A stretch of DNA of 64,000 bases from Acidimicrobiales bacterium (GTDB taxonomy: Bacteria > Actinomycetota > Acidimicrobiia > Acidimicrobiales > Aldehydirespiratoraceae): positions 2,930,909 through 2,994,908 of the forward strand of contig OY730440.1 of the NCBI GenBank assembly GCA_963422655.1. Reading direction: 5' to 3'. The notes under the pieces were generated by a model. It had not been told where the DNA came from and did not search any database. It worked only from the letters and a program-made list of their open reading frames with translations. A program made the translations under genes and the position numbers. Shown piece after piece: positions 25,183-33,698 of the stretch; the first letter of the stretch is position 1; every line of letters begins with the position of its first letter.

Positions 25183-28100
25183 ATGCGTAGAGTTATACGT
25201 CATTGTCTCATACCAGTGTCTGCGGGTCTAGTGGTGGGTTTGCTGGCTGCCGTTGTTGCGGGGGGGGGGGGGGGGATAGCTGCTCTGTCGACTCAGCCCA
25301 AGGCGCAGACGCCTGTAGTTAACATTCCAGCTCCCGTATTCAGGTATGACGGTGGCCCTACTGGTACTGTCTTTGACGGCTCTAAGGTAGAGAGACAAAG
25401 CCAGTCCGATGTAAATACGATCAAGGATCTGGTAGAAGGTACTATCGTTGTCTCGTTTGATGTTGATCATCCTGGATTGAGTGCTATCGTATGTGCATCT
25501 GATTCGGGTGATAAGCACAGTGAGTTTTGCTTGCAACTTGATAGCCATGGCTTATATGGTAGTTCAGCACGTGAAAATAAGAGTATTATACAGGACATTT
25601 TTATAAGGAAGTCAACCGACACCAGCCGTGTAACTGCAGTACTATCGGTCTCGCGATCTGCAGGCACGTTTCTTATGACTAGCCAGGACCTGGGTGCTAC
25701 GCAGCAGAATTTATCAGCGACTTCGTTTTTGAGTTCCGTCAGAAATATTGACAGTCTTTTGGTAGGTGCCAACCGTAATAGACGCGGGTATGAGAGGCGC
25801 ATGAATGGAACTATCTACTTTGTAGAAATTTATAGTGTGCCTTTCACTGAGCAGCAGGCTGCGGCCAAGATCAAAGAGAGCTATATATCCTTTCCTGGCA
25901 GGGTATCCTATATTCGGACTGGAGATAGAAGGTTCCAGTTCAACATCCAACCACCGATCGGGGATTTGACAGCTACTTATAGTTGGAGTTTCCCAGGAGG
26001 AGGCACATCCGCTCAACAGAGCCCGATGTGGACAGCACCGACCGACGGTTCAGATCCGTTTAAGAATTCTGTTCCAGCCAAGGTTACCGTCACGGCAACG
26101 ATATCGTCATCCGGTGTTCACCACGGCTATGGAGAGACCACAACCTTTTATATGGCACCAGATGCCAGTCATGTCAGTCAGTCGCCTTACTCTCATACTC
26201 AAGTGTTCAAGAATGGCGAAGATGGATTCAGTTGCTACCGTCTTCCAGTGATTATCCGTGCCGGTAATGGTGATCTTCTCGTTTTTGCGGAGGGACGACC
26301 GACTTGTGGGGGTGACTTCCAGAAAGGCATGGTGATTGTCATGAAACGTAGTGTTGATAATGGTATGACCTGGGGACCTTTGCAGATCATCGCAGAAAAC
26401 ATTCTTCCCAACGGTGAACAGTGGGCAGCGCAGAACCCTACTGCCGTGCTCGATATGGCTGACCCTGATCATCAGGACGGTAAAGTCGTTCTTCTCCATA
26501 CTGTGAATGAACATAACATATGGGACAATATAGCCGGCACTGGTGTTCGTCGGTTCATCACATCTTGGAGCGGTGATCATGGCTATACCTGGAACCAGTA
26601 TCAGGTTGGTTTGCCTTCTGGGACCAACGATGGGGATATTACTAACCAGGTCTTTAGACCACACGATCCTGACTACACAGCAGTTTATGACTCTACCTAC
26701 GCTGCAAATAACTATGCTTCAGACCCGGCTTGGTCTTTTGGACATCCAACGACTGGACACTCGATCCAACTCAAACATGGAAACTCTGAGACCAACGGGC
26801 GACTATTGATAACCGGTACTTATTCGGAGCCTACGAAAAACGCTGGTAAAGAAAATTTCAACTTCAAAAATTATGTCTTTTGGAGCGATGACCACGGTAG
26901 AACCTGGGAGATCGGCGGTGAGGTTGACTCGACTACTTACAATATGAACGAGGCAATTACGGTAGAACTTGAGAATGGTGATCTGCTCATTAACTCTCGT
27001 GCATATGAGGGACCCTCAGCTAAAGATAGAGTAGAGAGGGTACTAGCGCTTGCATCTTTTGATGACGATGGGAAAGTCAGTTTTAGTAAACCTCGACTAG
27101 AGCCTGTGCTGACAACGCGGGCCACTGCAGTCGGTATGGCTCGTATGACTACTAGTGATCAGGCTGTTTTCGGGGGCGAGAGCAGGATCGCTTACACCGG
27201 CCCTAATGATACGGCTAGCAGTCGACGCAAGAATATGTCCTTCTGGATGTCAAAGGATGAGAGTAAGACTTGGGATGCATACGGGTCAATACCTAAGCTT
27301 TTGACCAAAGGCCATTCTGGGTACAGCGATGTCGTAGCGTTGCCGGATGCTCGGGTGGGGATCATCTATGAAGGAAGATTGACAACAGGTAAGTTTGATG
27401 AAGAGGGTGGTGGGTTCTTATTTCTTTCTGCGTCTCTTCATTGGTTGTCTGATGGTGTTGATCAGCGGGCGCTCATTCGCCATGACGCGTCCGAGGCGGT
27501 CTTCGACGGGTCTTCGGGTGTTGATCTCTCAGGGTCGGTTGGCGATGTCAACGATATGGCGGAAGGGTCGGTGGTGGTGTCGTTCAAGACCGCTGAGATC
27601 AACGCTGCTCAGGTTTTGTTTTCGGGTTCGGATTCTGGTGACGCCGACAGCGTGTGGTCGTTGGCTCAAACCGCAGACGGGCGTTTCGGAGTGTATGCCC
27701 GTAATGACGGCACCGACGTGAACGTCACGGCTTTCGACCGGGATCTGGTGACCGATGGTCTGTGGCATCGCATGGCGGTGACGGTCGGACCCGAAGGCAC
27801 CGAAATCTACGTGGACGGCCAGCACGTCGCCCACGGAGAATCGACCGGCTTCTTCGGCGATGTCGACGACCTCGACACCATGCACCTGGGAGGCGTCGTC
27901 ACCTCTGGCGGGACGGCGAGGTTCTGGAACGGTTCGATCGGTACCTTGGAGATCTTCGACGGGGTTCTCACCGTAGAACAAGCAGTATCAGCCACCCAAC
28001 CCGCAGCCATGCCGGTAGCAGCCTTCCATGTCGACCGGAACCTCACCGACTCCAACGCGATCACGCTAAGTGACGAACCCGGCGGAAACGAGCTCGTCGA

Positions 28101-28599
28101 AAACTATTTGCCGCAATGGGTCTGCAATGAGCTGGCCGCCTCTTGGGCAGTCGGCGCCACTTTCACAGCCCCCGACTCGGTAACCGGCCAAGGCCGGGTA
28201 TTTCACAGCCGCGACGCCTTGTCGACCGCCTCGCTGATGCTGGGAATCTGGGACACCGGCGACGGTAGCCGAATCGGCCTTCGGTACGACGGGCCGGTCG
28301 CCTCGGAATGGGATCTGGCCGTGCCGTACGACGAATACAGCGGGAAGAAAGTATCGATGATCGCGGTGCTGGGCCCAGTCAACTCCTACCTGATCATCAA
28401 CGGCGAAACCGTACACACCGAGCCCACTCCCGTACCCGAAGGCCCACCAGTCTGGCACCCTGCCAACACCACCATCGGAACCACCAACACCGACCACACC
28501 CTCAACACCAACCTCGAATCGGTAGCCATCTGGAAAGGCATCGTCCCCTCCACCCAACTCGCCCAATCACTCACCCTCGCCCACAACATCACCCGATAA
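25183..28599 (+). CDS. membrane-anchored/secreted LamG - PKD-like - GH33 exo-alpha-sialidase - LamG - LamG multidomain protein (1138 aa)
   Basis: GGAGGAG SD. N-terminal TM/signal anchor. RIP-type motif (FSCYRLPVIIRAGNGDLLVFAEGRP). Asp-boxes (SVDNGMTW, SGDHGYTW, SDDHGRTW). ConA/LamG-like blocks (EGTIVVSF...LYGS...IYFVEIY; GSVVVSFKT...WHRMAV...IYVDG). Confidence 0.85.
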   Translation: MRRVIRHCLIPVSAGLVVGLLAAVVAGGGGGIAALSTQPKAQTPVVNIPAPVFRYDGGPTGTVFDGSKVERQSQSDVNTIKDLVEGTIVVSFDVDHPGLSAIVCASDSGDKHSEFCLQLDSHGLYGSSARENKSIIQDIFIRKSTDTSRVTAVLSVSRSAGTFLMTSQDLGATQQNLSATSFLSSVRNIDSLLVGANRNRRGYERRMNGTIYFVEIYSVPFTEQQAAAKIKESYISFPGRVSYIRTGDRRFQFNIQPPIGDLTATYSWSFPGGGTSAQQSPMWTAPTDGSDPFKNSVPAKVTVTATISSSGVHHGYGETTTFYMAPDASHVSQSPYSHTQVFKNGEDGFSCYRLPVIIRAGNGDLLVFAEGRPTCGGDFQKGMVIVMKRSVDNGMTWGPLQIIAENILPNGEQWAAQNPTAVLDMADPDHQDGKVVLLHTVNEHNIWDNIAGTGVRRFITSWSGDHGYTWNQYQVGLPSGTNDGDITNQVFRPHDPDYTAVYDSTYAANNYASDPAWSFGHPTTGHSIQLKHGNSETNGRLLITGTYSEPTKNAGKENFNFKNYVFWSDDHGRTWEIGGEVDSTTYNMNEAITVELENGDLLINSRAYEGPSAKDRVERVLALASFDDDGKVSFSKPRLEPVLTTRATAVGMARMTTSDQAVFGGESRIAYTGPNDTASSRRKNMSFWMSKDESKTWDAYGSIPKLLTKGHSGYSDVVALPDARVGIIYEGRLTTGKFDEEGGGFLFLSASLHWLSDGVDQRALIRHDASEAVFDGSSGVDLSGSVGDVNDMAEGSVVVSFKTAEINAAQVLFSGSDSGDADSVWSLAQTADGRFGVYARNDGTDVNVTAFDRDLVTDGLWHRMAVTVGPEGTEIYVDGQHVAHGESTGFFGDVDDLDTMHLGGVVTSGGTARFWNGSIGTLEIFDGVLTVEQAVSATQPAAMPVAAFHVDRNLTDSNAITLSDEPGGNELVENYLPQWVCNELAASWAVGATFTAPDSVTGQGRVFHSRDALSTASLMLGIWDTGDGSRIGLRYDGPVASEWDLAVPYDEYSGKKVSMIAVLGPVNSYLIINGETVHTEPTPVPEGPPVWHPANTTIGTTNTDHTLNTNLESVAIWKGIVPSTQLAQSLTLAHNITR
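25260..25275 (+). repeat. G16 homopolymer inside the sialidase-1 signal-anchor coding region
   Basis: Counted directly: g at 25260 followed by 15 g (25261-25275). It encodes A-GGGGG-I and is in frame as given. Confidence 0.95.
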
Positions 28600-28832
28600 C
28601 AACACGATGATTGATTGCGTTCTGGTCCACTGTTGGTCCTGCCGCCCACCATAGCCTGAACTAAATGTCTCCTCAATCAAGGTTATCAATGAGGTTCTTG
28701 AAAAGCGGCCATCCGGCCCAATAAGATGAGCCCTATACCGCCGAGTAGTAGTAGAATACCGGCTTGGGTCCCGGACATTTCGCCACGTTCTCATAGTGAT
28801 GGCCCCAAGGGGGCTCCACGCCGAGGTGCACT

Positions 28833-29591
28833 TTGGTGTCGCTTGGCGACCCTAGAGTGCCGGGGGTGCGTAAGCTGCTGTCAGCTCGTTGGATCGCCTC
28901 GCACCTGTTCGTAGTGACAGTGGTGGTGATAATGGTCAACCTCGGGTTCTGGCAGCTCCGCCGCCTCGACGAACGCCAGGTGATCAACGCCGCGGTTGCG
29001 GCCGCCATGGAACAGGCCCCTGTCGATATCGGCGATCTGTTGACCATGAGCGAGTTACCGCCCGACTACACCGCCACGAAAGCCGAGGGCCGTTATGTCG
29101 GTGATTCCGAGGTGCTCATCGCCAACCGCAGCTTCGAGGGTCGAGCCGGGTCGTGGCTGGCCACCCCCCTCCGGCTCGACGACGGCCGGCTGGTGATGGT
29201 GGTGCGAGGCTGGATACCCCGCCTGAGCGTGGCCGGGATCGACGAACGCCCAACCAGCGCCCCGCCGGGCCGGGTCACCGTCATCGGCTTGGCCTTCGGT
29301 TCCGTCGGCGGAGGCCGGGTCGGGGTCAAGGACCCGGGCGAGACACCGGAGATCTCTCGTCCCGACCTCGACCGCTTCGAGGAGGTCACCGGGCTCGACG
29401 TGGCCGATGTCTGGATCCGGTTGCGGCGCCAGAGTACCGGACCGGGCGAACTGCCGGTCCCGGTGCCACTGCCCTCTCTCAGTGAGGGCTCCCATCTCTC
29501 CTACGCCTTCCAGTGGTTCTTCTTCTCAGCCGGCGCCGTCGTGGTATACGGGCTGATCCTGGGCCGGGCGAGACGGGACCGGAGCCTCTGA
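28833..29591 (+). CDS. SURF1-family (cytochrome oxidase assembly) membrane protein
   Basis: LLSARWIASHLFVVTVVVIMVNLGFWQLRRL... C-terminal ...LSYAFQWFFFSAGAVVVY. Two-TM SURF1 pattern. The start is uncertain (TTG 28833 or in-frame GTG 28866). Confidence 0.75.
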   Translation: MVSLGDPRVPGVRKLLSARWIASHLFVVTVVVIMVNLGFWQLRRLDERQVINAAVAAAMEQAPVDIGDLLTMSELPPDYTATKAEGRYVGDSEVLIANRSFEGRAGSWLATPLRLDDGRLVMVVRGWIPRLSVAGIDERPTSAPPGRVTVIGLAFGSVGGGRVGVKDPGETPEISRPDLDRFEEVTGLDVADVWIRLRRQSTGPGELPVPVPLPSLSEGSHLSYAFQWFFFSAGAVVVYGLILGRARRDRSL

Positions 29592-29673
29592 CCCGGGTGG
29601 TCCTGATGGCCAGGGCTGGGCCCTTTCGCCCGGTTCGGGTACCCTGGACCAACTCAGGGCCGAAAGGACCGGT

Positions 29674-30558
29674 ATGGCGCGATTCGGACGAGTGCTGACG
29701 GCCATGGTCACGCCGTTCACCGAGACCGGCGCCCTCGACCTCGACGGAGCCCAACAGTTGGCCCGATGGCTGGTCGAGAACGGCAGCGAAGGATTGGTGG
29801 TGGCCGGTACCACGGGGGAGAGCCCCACCCTCACCCACGACGAACAGGTCGACTTGGTGGCTGCGGTGGCCGAAGCCACCGACGTTGCGGTAATAGCAGG
29901 CGCCGGGAGCAACGACACCCGAGCCGGGATCGACCTCACCGAGCGCTGCACCGCGGCCGGGGCCTCGGGACTCCTGCACCCGGCCGGTTACTACAACCGG
30001 CCGTCCCAGGCTGGACTCGCCGCCCATTTCCGAGCCTGCGCCGCCGCTACCTACCTGCCTGTCGTCCTCTACGACATCCCGGTGCGGACCGGACGTAAGA
30101 TCGCCACCGAGACCATGGCCGCCTTGGCCCATGAGGTCCCCAACATCGTGGCCGTGAAGGACGCAGCCGGCCAACCCGGCGAGACGGCCCGGTTGCTCGA
30201 TCTGGCCCCCGACGGCTTCGAGGTGTACTCCGGCGACGATTCGCTCACCCTTCCCCTGCTGGCCATCGGCGCGGTGGGCACCATCGGCGTGGCCACCCAC
30301 TGGGCCGGCAAGGAGGTGGCGGCCATGTTCGATGCCTTCGAGAGCGGGGACGTGGCCTCAGCGACCGTCCTCAACCGGTCGCTGATCGGTTCCTACCGGT
30401 TCGAGGCCGGCGACGATGCCCCCAACCCGGTGCCGACCAAGTGCATCCTGCGGGTGCTGGGCCAGCCGGCCGGACCCTGTCGGCTGCCCATGGGCCCTGA
30501 ACCCGCGGGGCTGGAGGCCGAGGCTCGGGCCCTGCTCGAGGACCTTGGGAAGATCTGA
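29674..30558 (+). CDS. dapA: 4-hydroxy-tetrahydrodipicolinate synthase
   Basis: TAMVTPF, VAGTTGESPTL, and NIVAVKDA with the active-site Lys. Confidence 0.9.
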   Translation: MARFGRVLTAMVTPFTETGALDLDGAQQLARWLVENGSEGLVVAGTTGESPTLTHDEQVDLVAAVAEATDVAVIAGAGSNDTRAGIDLTERCTAAGASGLLHPAGYYNRPSQAGLAAHFRACAAATYLPVVLYDIPVRTGRKIATETMAALAHEVPNIVAVKDAAGQPGETARLLDLAPDGFEVYSGDDSLTLPLLAIGAVGTIGVATHWAGKEVAAMFDAFESGDVASATVLNRSLIGSYRFEAGDDAPNPVPTKCILRVLGQPAGPCRLPMGPEPAGLEAEARALLEDLGKI

Positions 30559-30582
30559 CCGCGAGCCCAGCCGCCCCCAGCC

Positions 30583-32241
30583 GTGGCTGACACTGTTGCC
30601 GTCACCTTCTTGGGTGGCTTGGGCGAGATCGGGCGCAACTGCGCAGTGATCGAAACCGGCGGGCGTCGGGTGCTGCTCGACTGCGGCCGGATGTTCGCCG
30701 GCGACGACCTGCCCGGAGTCGATTCGGTTCTTCCCGACTTCGAATGGCTGCTGGACCGGGGCGGGGTGGAAGCATGCATAGCCACCCACGCCCATGAGGA
30801 TCACATCGGCGGGCTCCCGCACCTGCTGAGACACGTCAAGTTCCCGATCTACGGGTCCCGTTTCACACTGGGGATGGTCCGCCACAAGTTGACCGAGGCC
30901 GGGCTGACGGGTCGCGCCCAACTGCGGGAGATCGGCGACGGTGACCGGTTGGCCGTCGGCCCCTTCGACTGCGAGTTCCTGCCGGTCACTCACTCGGTGC
31001 CCAGCGGGCTGATCACTGCCTTCCGAACTGCCCAGGGTGTCATCTTGCATTCCAGCGACTTCAAGCTCGACCTCACCCCGGTCGACGGGCGGCGCACGGA
31101 TCTGTCCCGGATCGGGGGCATCGCCAACACCGAGGGGATCCGGCTGCTGCTGGCCGACTCGACCAACGCCGACGCTCCCGGTTCGTCCCGTTCGGAGAAG
31201 GAGATCGGGGCGGTGCTGCACGATGTGATCGCCCGCGAGCACGGCCGGCGCGTGATCGTCGGGGCGTTTGCGAGCCACATCCACCGCATCCAGCAGATCG
31301 CCGATGCTGCGGTGGAGATGGGTCGCATCGTGATACCGCTGGGGTTGTCCATGCTGCGCAACGTGAAGCTGGCCCGCGATGTGGGGGTCCTTCGGGTACC
31401 CGATCACGCCTTGGGCAACACCGAAGACCTGGATTTGGTCGACCCGGCCCGAGTGATCGTCGTCTGCACCGGATCCCAGGGCGAACCCAGAGCGGCCATC
31501 ACCCGGATGGCTCAGGGTCAGAGCAAGTGGTTGGAGATCGGCGCCGATGACACGGTGATCTTCAGCTCTCATCCCATTCCCGGCAATGAGGCGGCGGTGG
31601 CCTCGGTGCGCAACGGGCTGGCTCGGCGGGGTGCTCGGGTCGTGCACAGCGGCCACGTCGACGTTCATACCTCGGGTCACGGCAAACAGGAGGAGCTGAA
31701 GGTGCTGCACTCGGTGGCCGTACCGGAGTGGTTCGTGCCCGTTCACGGGGAATACGAGCATCTGGTGGCCCACGCCCACTTGGCCCGGGAGATGGGCATG
31801 GTCGCCTCCCGAGTGGTGGTCTGCTCCGATGGGGACCGGATCGAGCTGGTCGACGACGGCCTGCGCAGCGCGGGCTCGGTCGGCGGCGATCACCTCTATG
31901 TGGACGGGACCGTGGGAGATTTGGGCTGCACCGTTCTCGGTGACCGCCGCATCCTCGGTGCCGACGGTTTCGTGGCGGTAGTAGTGCACGTCGACACCGA
32001 ACGGCGTGAGATCGTGGCCGGACCCGATGTAGTGTCCCGGGGTTGGGTGGAGCAGCCGGCCTTGGCCGCCCATGAGACTGCTGTAGCCGACGCCGTCGCT
32101 GTTGATCTGGAGACGGCTCTGGGAGATCCCGGCGCCGACTTGGGCGAGTTGGCTCGGCTGGTCCGCCGAGCCGCGGGCCACACCGTAAGCGAGCGGACTC
32201 GTCGGCGGCCCATGATCGTCCCGGTAGTGCGCGAAGGCTGA
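30583..32241 (+). CDS. rnj: ribonuclease J (beta-CASP metallo-beta-lactamase)
   Basis: FLGGLGEIGRNC, THAHEDHIGGLP, HTSGHG and an RNase J C-terminal domain. Confidence 0.9.
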   Translation: MADTVAVTFLGGLGEIGRNCAVIETGGRRVLLDCGRMFAGDDLPGVDSVLPDFEWLLDRGGVEACIATHAHEDHIGGLPHLLRHVKFPIYGSRFTLGMVRHKLTEAGLTGRAQLREIGDGDRLAVGPFDCEFLPVTHSVPSGLITAFRTAQGVILHSSDFKLDLTPVDGRRTDLSRIGGIANTEGIRLLLADSTNADAPGSSRSEKEIGAVLHDVIAREHGRRVIVGAFASHIHRIQQIADAAVEMGRIVIPLGLSMLRNVKLARDVGVLRVPDHALGNTEDLDLVDPARVIVVCTGSQGEPRAAITRMAQGQSKWLEIGADDTVIFSSHPIPGNEAAVASVRNGLARRGARVVHSGHVDVHTSGHGKQEELKVLHSVAVPEWFVPVHGEYEHLVAHAHLAREMGMVASRVVVCSDGDRIELVDDGLRSAGSVGGDHLYVDGTVGDLGCTVLGDRRILGADGFVAVVVHVDTERREIVAGPDVVSRGWVEQPALAAHETAVADAVAVDLETALGDPGADLGELARLVRRAAGHTVSERTRRRPMIVPVVREG

Positions 32242-32259
32242 TCCGTCGATTCGAACCGA

Positions 32260-33378
32260 TCAGGAGCCGAGAAGGGTGAGGGGATCTACGTAGGGCCGGT
32301 CCAGGGCTTCGGCCACGGCCGGTTCGGTGATATGACCGGCCCTGGCTGTCAGGCCGGCTCGCAGAGTGGGGTCCTGCTTCAAGGCCTCGGCCGGGCCTTG
32401 GTCGGCCAAGCGCACCACGTAAGGCAAAGTGGCGTTGTTCAGAGCCTGGGTGGAGGTGCGGGGCACGGCGCCGGGCATGTTGGTCACGCAATAGTGCACC
32501 ACCCCGCCGGTTACGTAGGTCGGGTCGGTGTGGGTGGTGGGTCGGGAGGTCTCGACGCAGCCGCCTTGGTCGATGGCGACATCGACTATCACCGACCCCG
32601 GCCGCATATTCTCGACCATCGCAGTCGTCACCAGATGCGGGGCTCGGGCGCCGGGCACCAAAACGGCGCCTATCACCAGATCGGCGCCGATCACGGCCGT
32701 TTCCAGGGTCGCCGTGTTCGAGTACAGCGTCCGCAGGGCGGCGCCGAACCGGGCAGACAGCGACTCCAGCACGGCTGCGTCCCGGTCTACCACGGTGACA
32801 TCGGCCTGCAAACCGACGGCCATCTCGATCGCGTTGCGCCCCACCACCCCGCCGCCGATGACTGTCACCGTCGCCGGTGGCACGCCGGGCACGCCACCGA
32901 GCAGCACGCCCCGGCCTCCGGCCGCAGCTTCCAGGCTCCGAGCCCCGGCCTGGATGGACATGCGGCCGGCCACTTGCGACATGGGAGCCAGCAAGGGTCG
33001 GCACCCGTCGGGTCTGGCCACCGATTCGTAGGCGATGGCGGTGGCTCCGCTGGCCAGGAGGTCGCGGGCCTGGTCCGGATCTGGGGCCAGATGCAGGTAA
33101 GCGAACAGTGTGTGGTGGGGGCGGAGCCGGGTCCGTTCGATGGCCTGGGGTTCTTTCACCTTGACGATCAGCTCAGCCCGGGCGAACACCTCATCGGCGT
33201 CCTCGGCTATGTCGGCGCCGCGGTCGGCGTACTCCTCGTCGGAGAATCCAGCCCCGCACCCGGCTCGTCTCTGTACGAAGACCTCGTGACCACGGCGGAC
33301 CACCTCGGTGACGCTGTCCGGTGTCAGTCCGACTCGCCCTTCCTCGTTCCTGATCTCGGTCGGGACGCCGATCCGCAT
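32260..33378 (-). CDS. ald: alanine dehydrogenase
   Basis: [20 protein letters not shown]..., VIGGGVVG (NAD-binding), [19 protein letters not shown] before the ATG at 33378. Confidence 0.9.
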   Translation of the reverse strand: MRIGVPTEIRNEEGRVGLTPDSVTEVVRRGHEVFVQRRAGCGAGFSDEEYADRGADIAEDADEVFARAELIVKVKEPQAIERTRLRPHHTLFAYLHLAPDPDQARDLLASGATAIAYESVARPDGCRPLLAPMSQVAGRMSIQAGARSLEAAAGGRGVLLGGVPGVPPATVTVIGGGVVGRNAIEMAVGLQADVTVVDRDAAVLESLSARFGAALRTLYSNTATLETAVIGADLVIGAVLVPGARAPHLVTTAMVENMRPGSVIVDVAIDQGGCVETSRPTTHTDPTYVTGGVVHYCVTNMPGAVPRTSTQALNNATLPYVVRLADQGPAEALKQDPTLRAGLTARAGHITEPAVAEALDRPYVDPLTLLGS

Positions 33379-33456
33379 GATTCCCCCTGTCACCGATGGC
33401 TTGTCGGGCCATCCGGGCTGTGCCGATACAAGCTACCGGCCGCCTTTACCTGATAA

Positions 33457-33690
33457 ATCGATCGCCGCATCCTCAATGAGCTCCAGGTCGATGGCCGGAT
33501 GCCCAACGACCGCGACCTCCTGGACCGGGCCCTGGACGTTTTCGTGGAGTTGCACTTGGCCGTGGCCGACCACCGGGACTTCGAGCGGATCCACAACCAG
33601 TACCTGTCCAGGCTCAGCGGGGTGGCCTGGCTCCGCTCCAGCTTCGCCATCGGCACCGTCTACCAGACCACGCCATCACCTGTGACGGCT
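33457..33690 (+). pseudogene. Lrp/AsnC-family regulator relic (no start codon, internal deletion, no proper stop)
   Basis: The frame opens right after a TAA at 33454-33456. IDRRILNELQVDGRMPN matches the AsnC N-terminal HTH lead-in. It jumps to RAM-domain-like ...VFVELHLAVADHRDFERIHNQYLSRLSGVAWLRSSFAIG. It is only ~76 aa where ~150 are expected, and it then reads antisense into the acyl-CoA dehydrogenase. Confidence 0.35.
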
Positions 33691-33698
33691 CGAGCCCC

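Noticed and set aside
28686-28778. 30-aa hydrophobic minus-strand ORF (MSGTQAGILLLLGGIGLILLGRMAAFQEPH) in the AT-rich tail after sialidase 1
   Set aside because: It has no convincing SD and no recognisable family. It is too short to support from sequence alone and could only be confirmed by Ribo-seq or proteomics.
30358-32181. 607-aa minus-strand ORF opposite rnj (and similar ones at 31562..33004, 19416..20466, 16774..17715, 60000..61889, 58113..59033)
   Set aside because: All lie antisense to genes with clear family motifs. All have Arg/Pro/Gly-rich, motif-free translations. They are stop-codon-poor GC artefacts.
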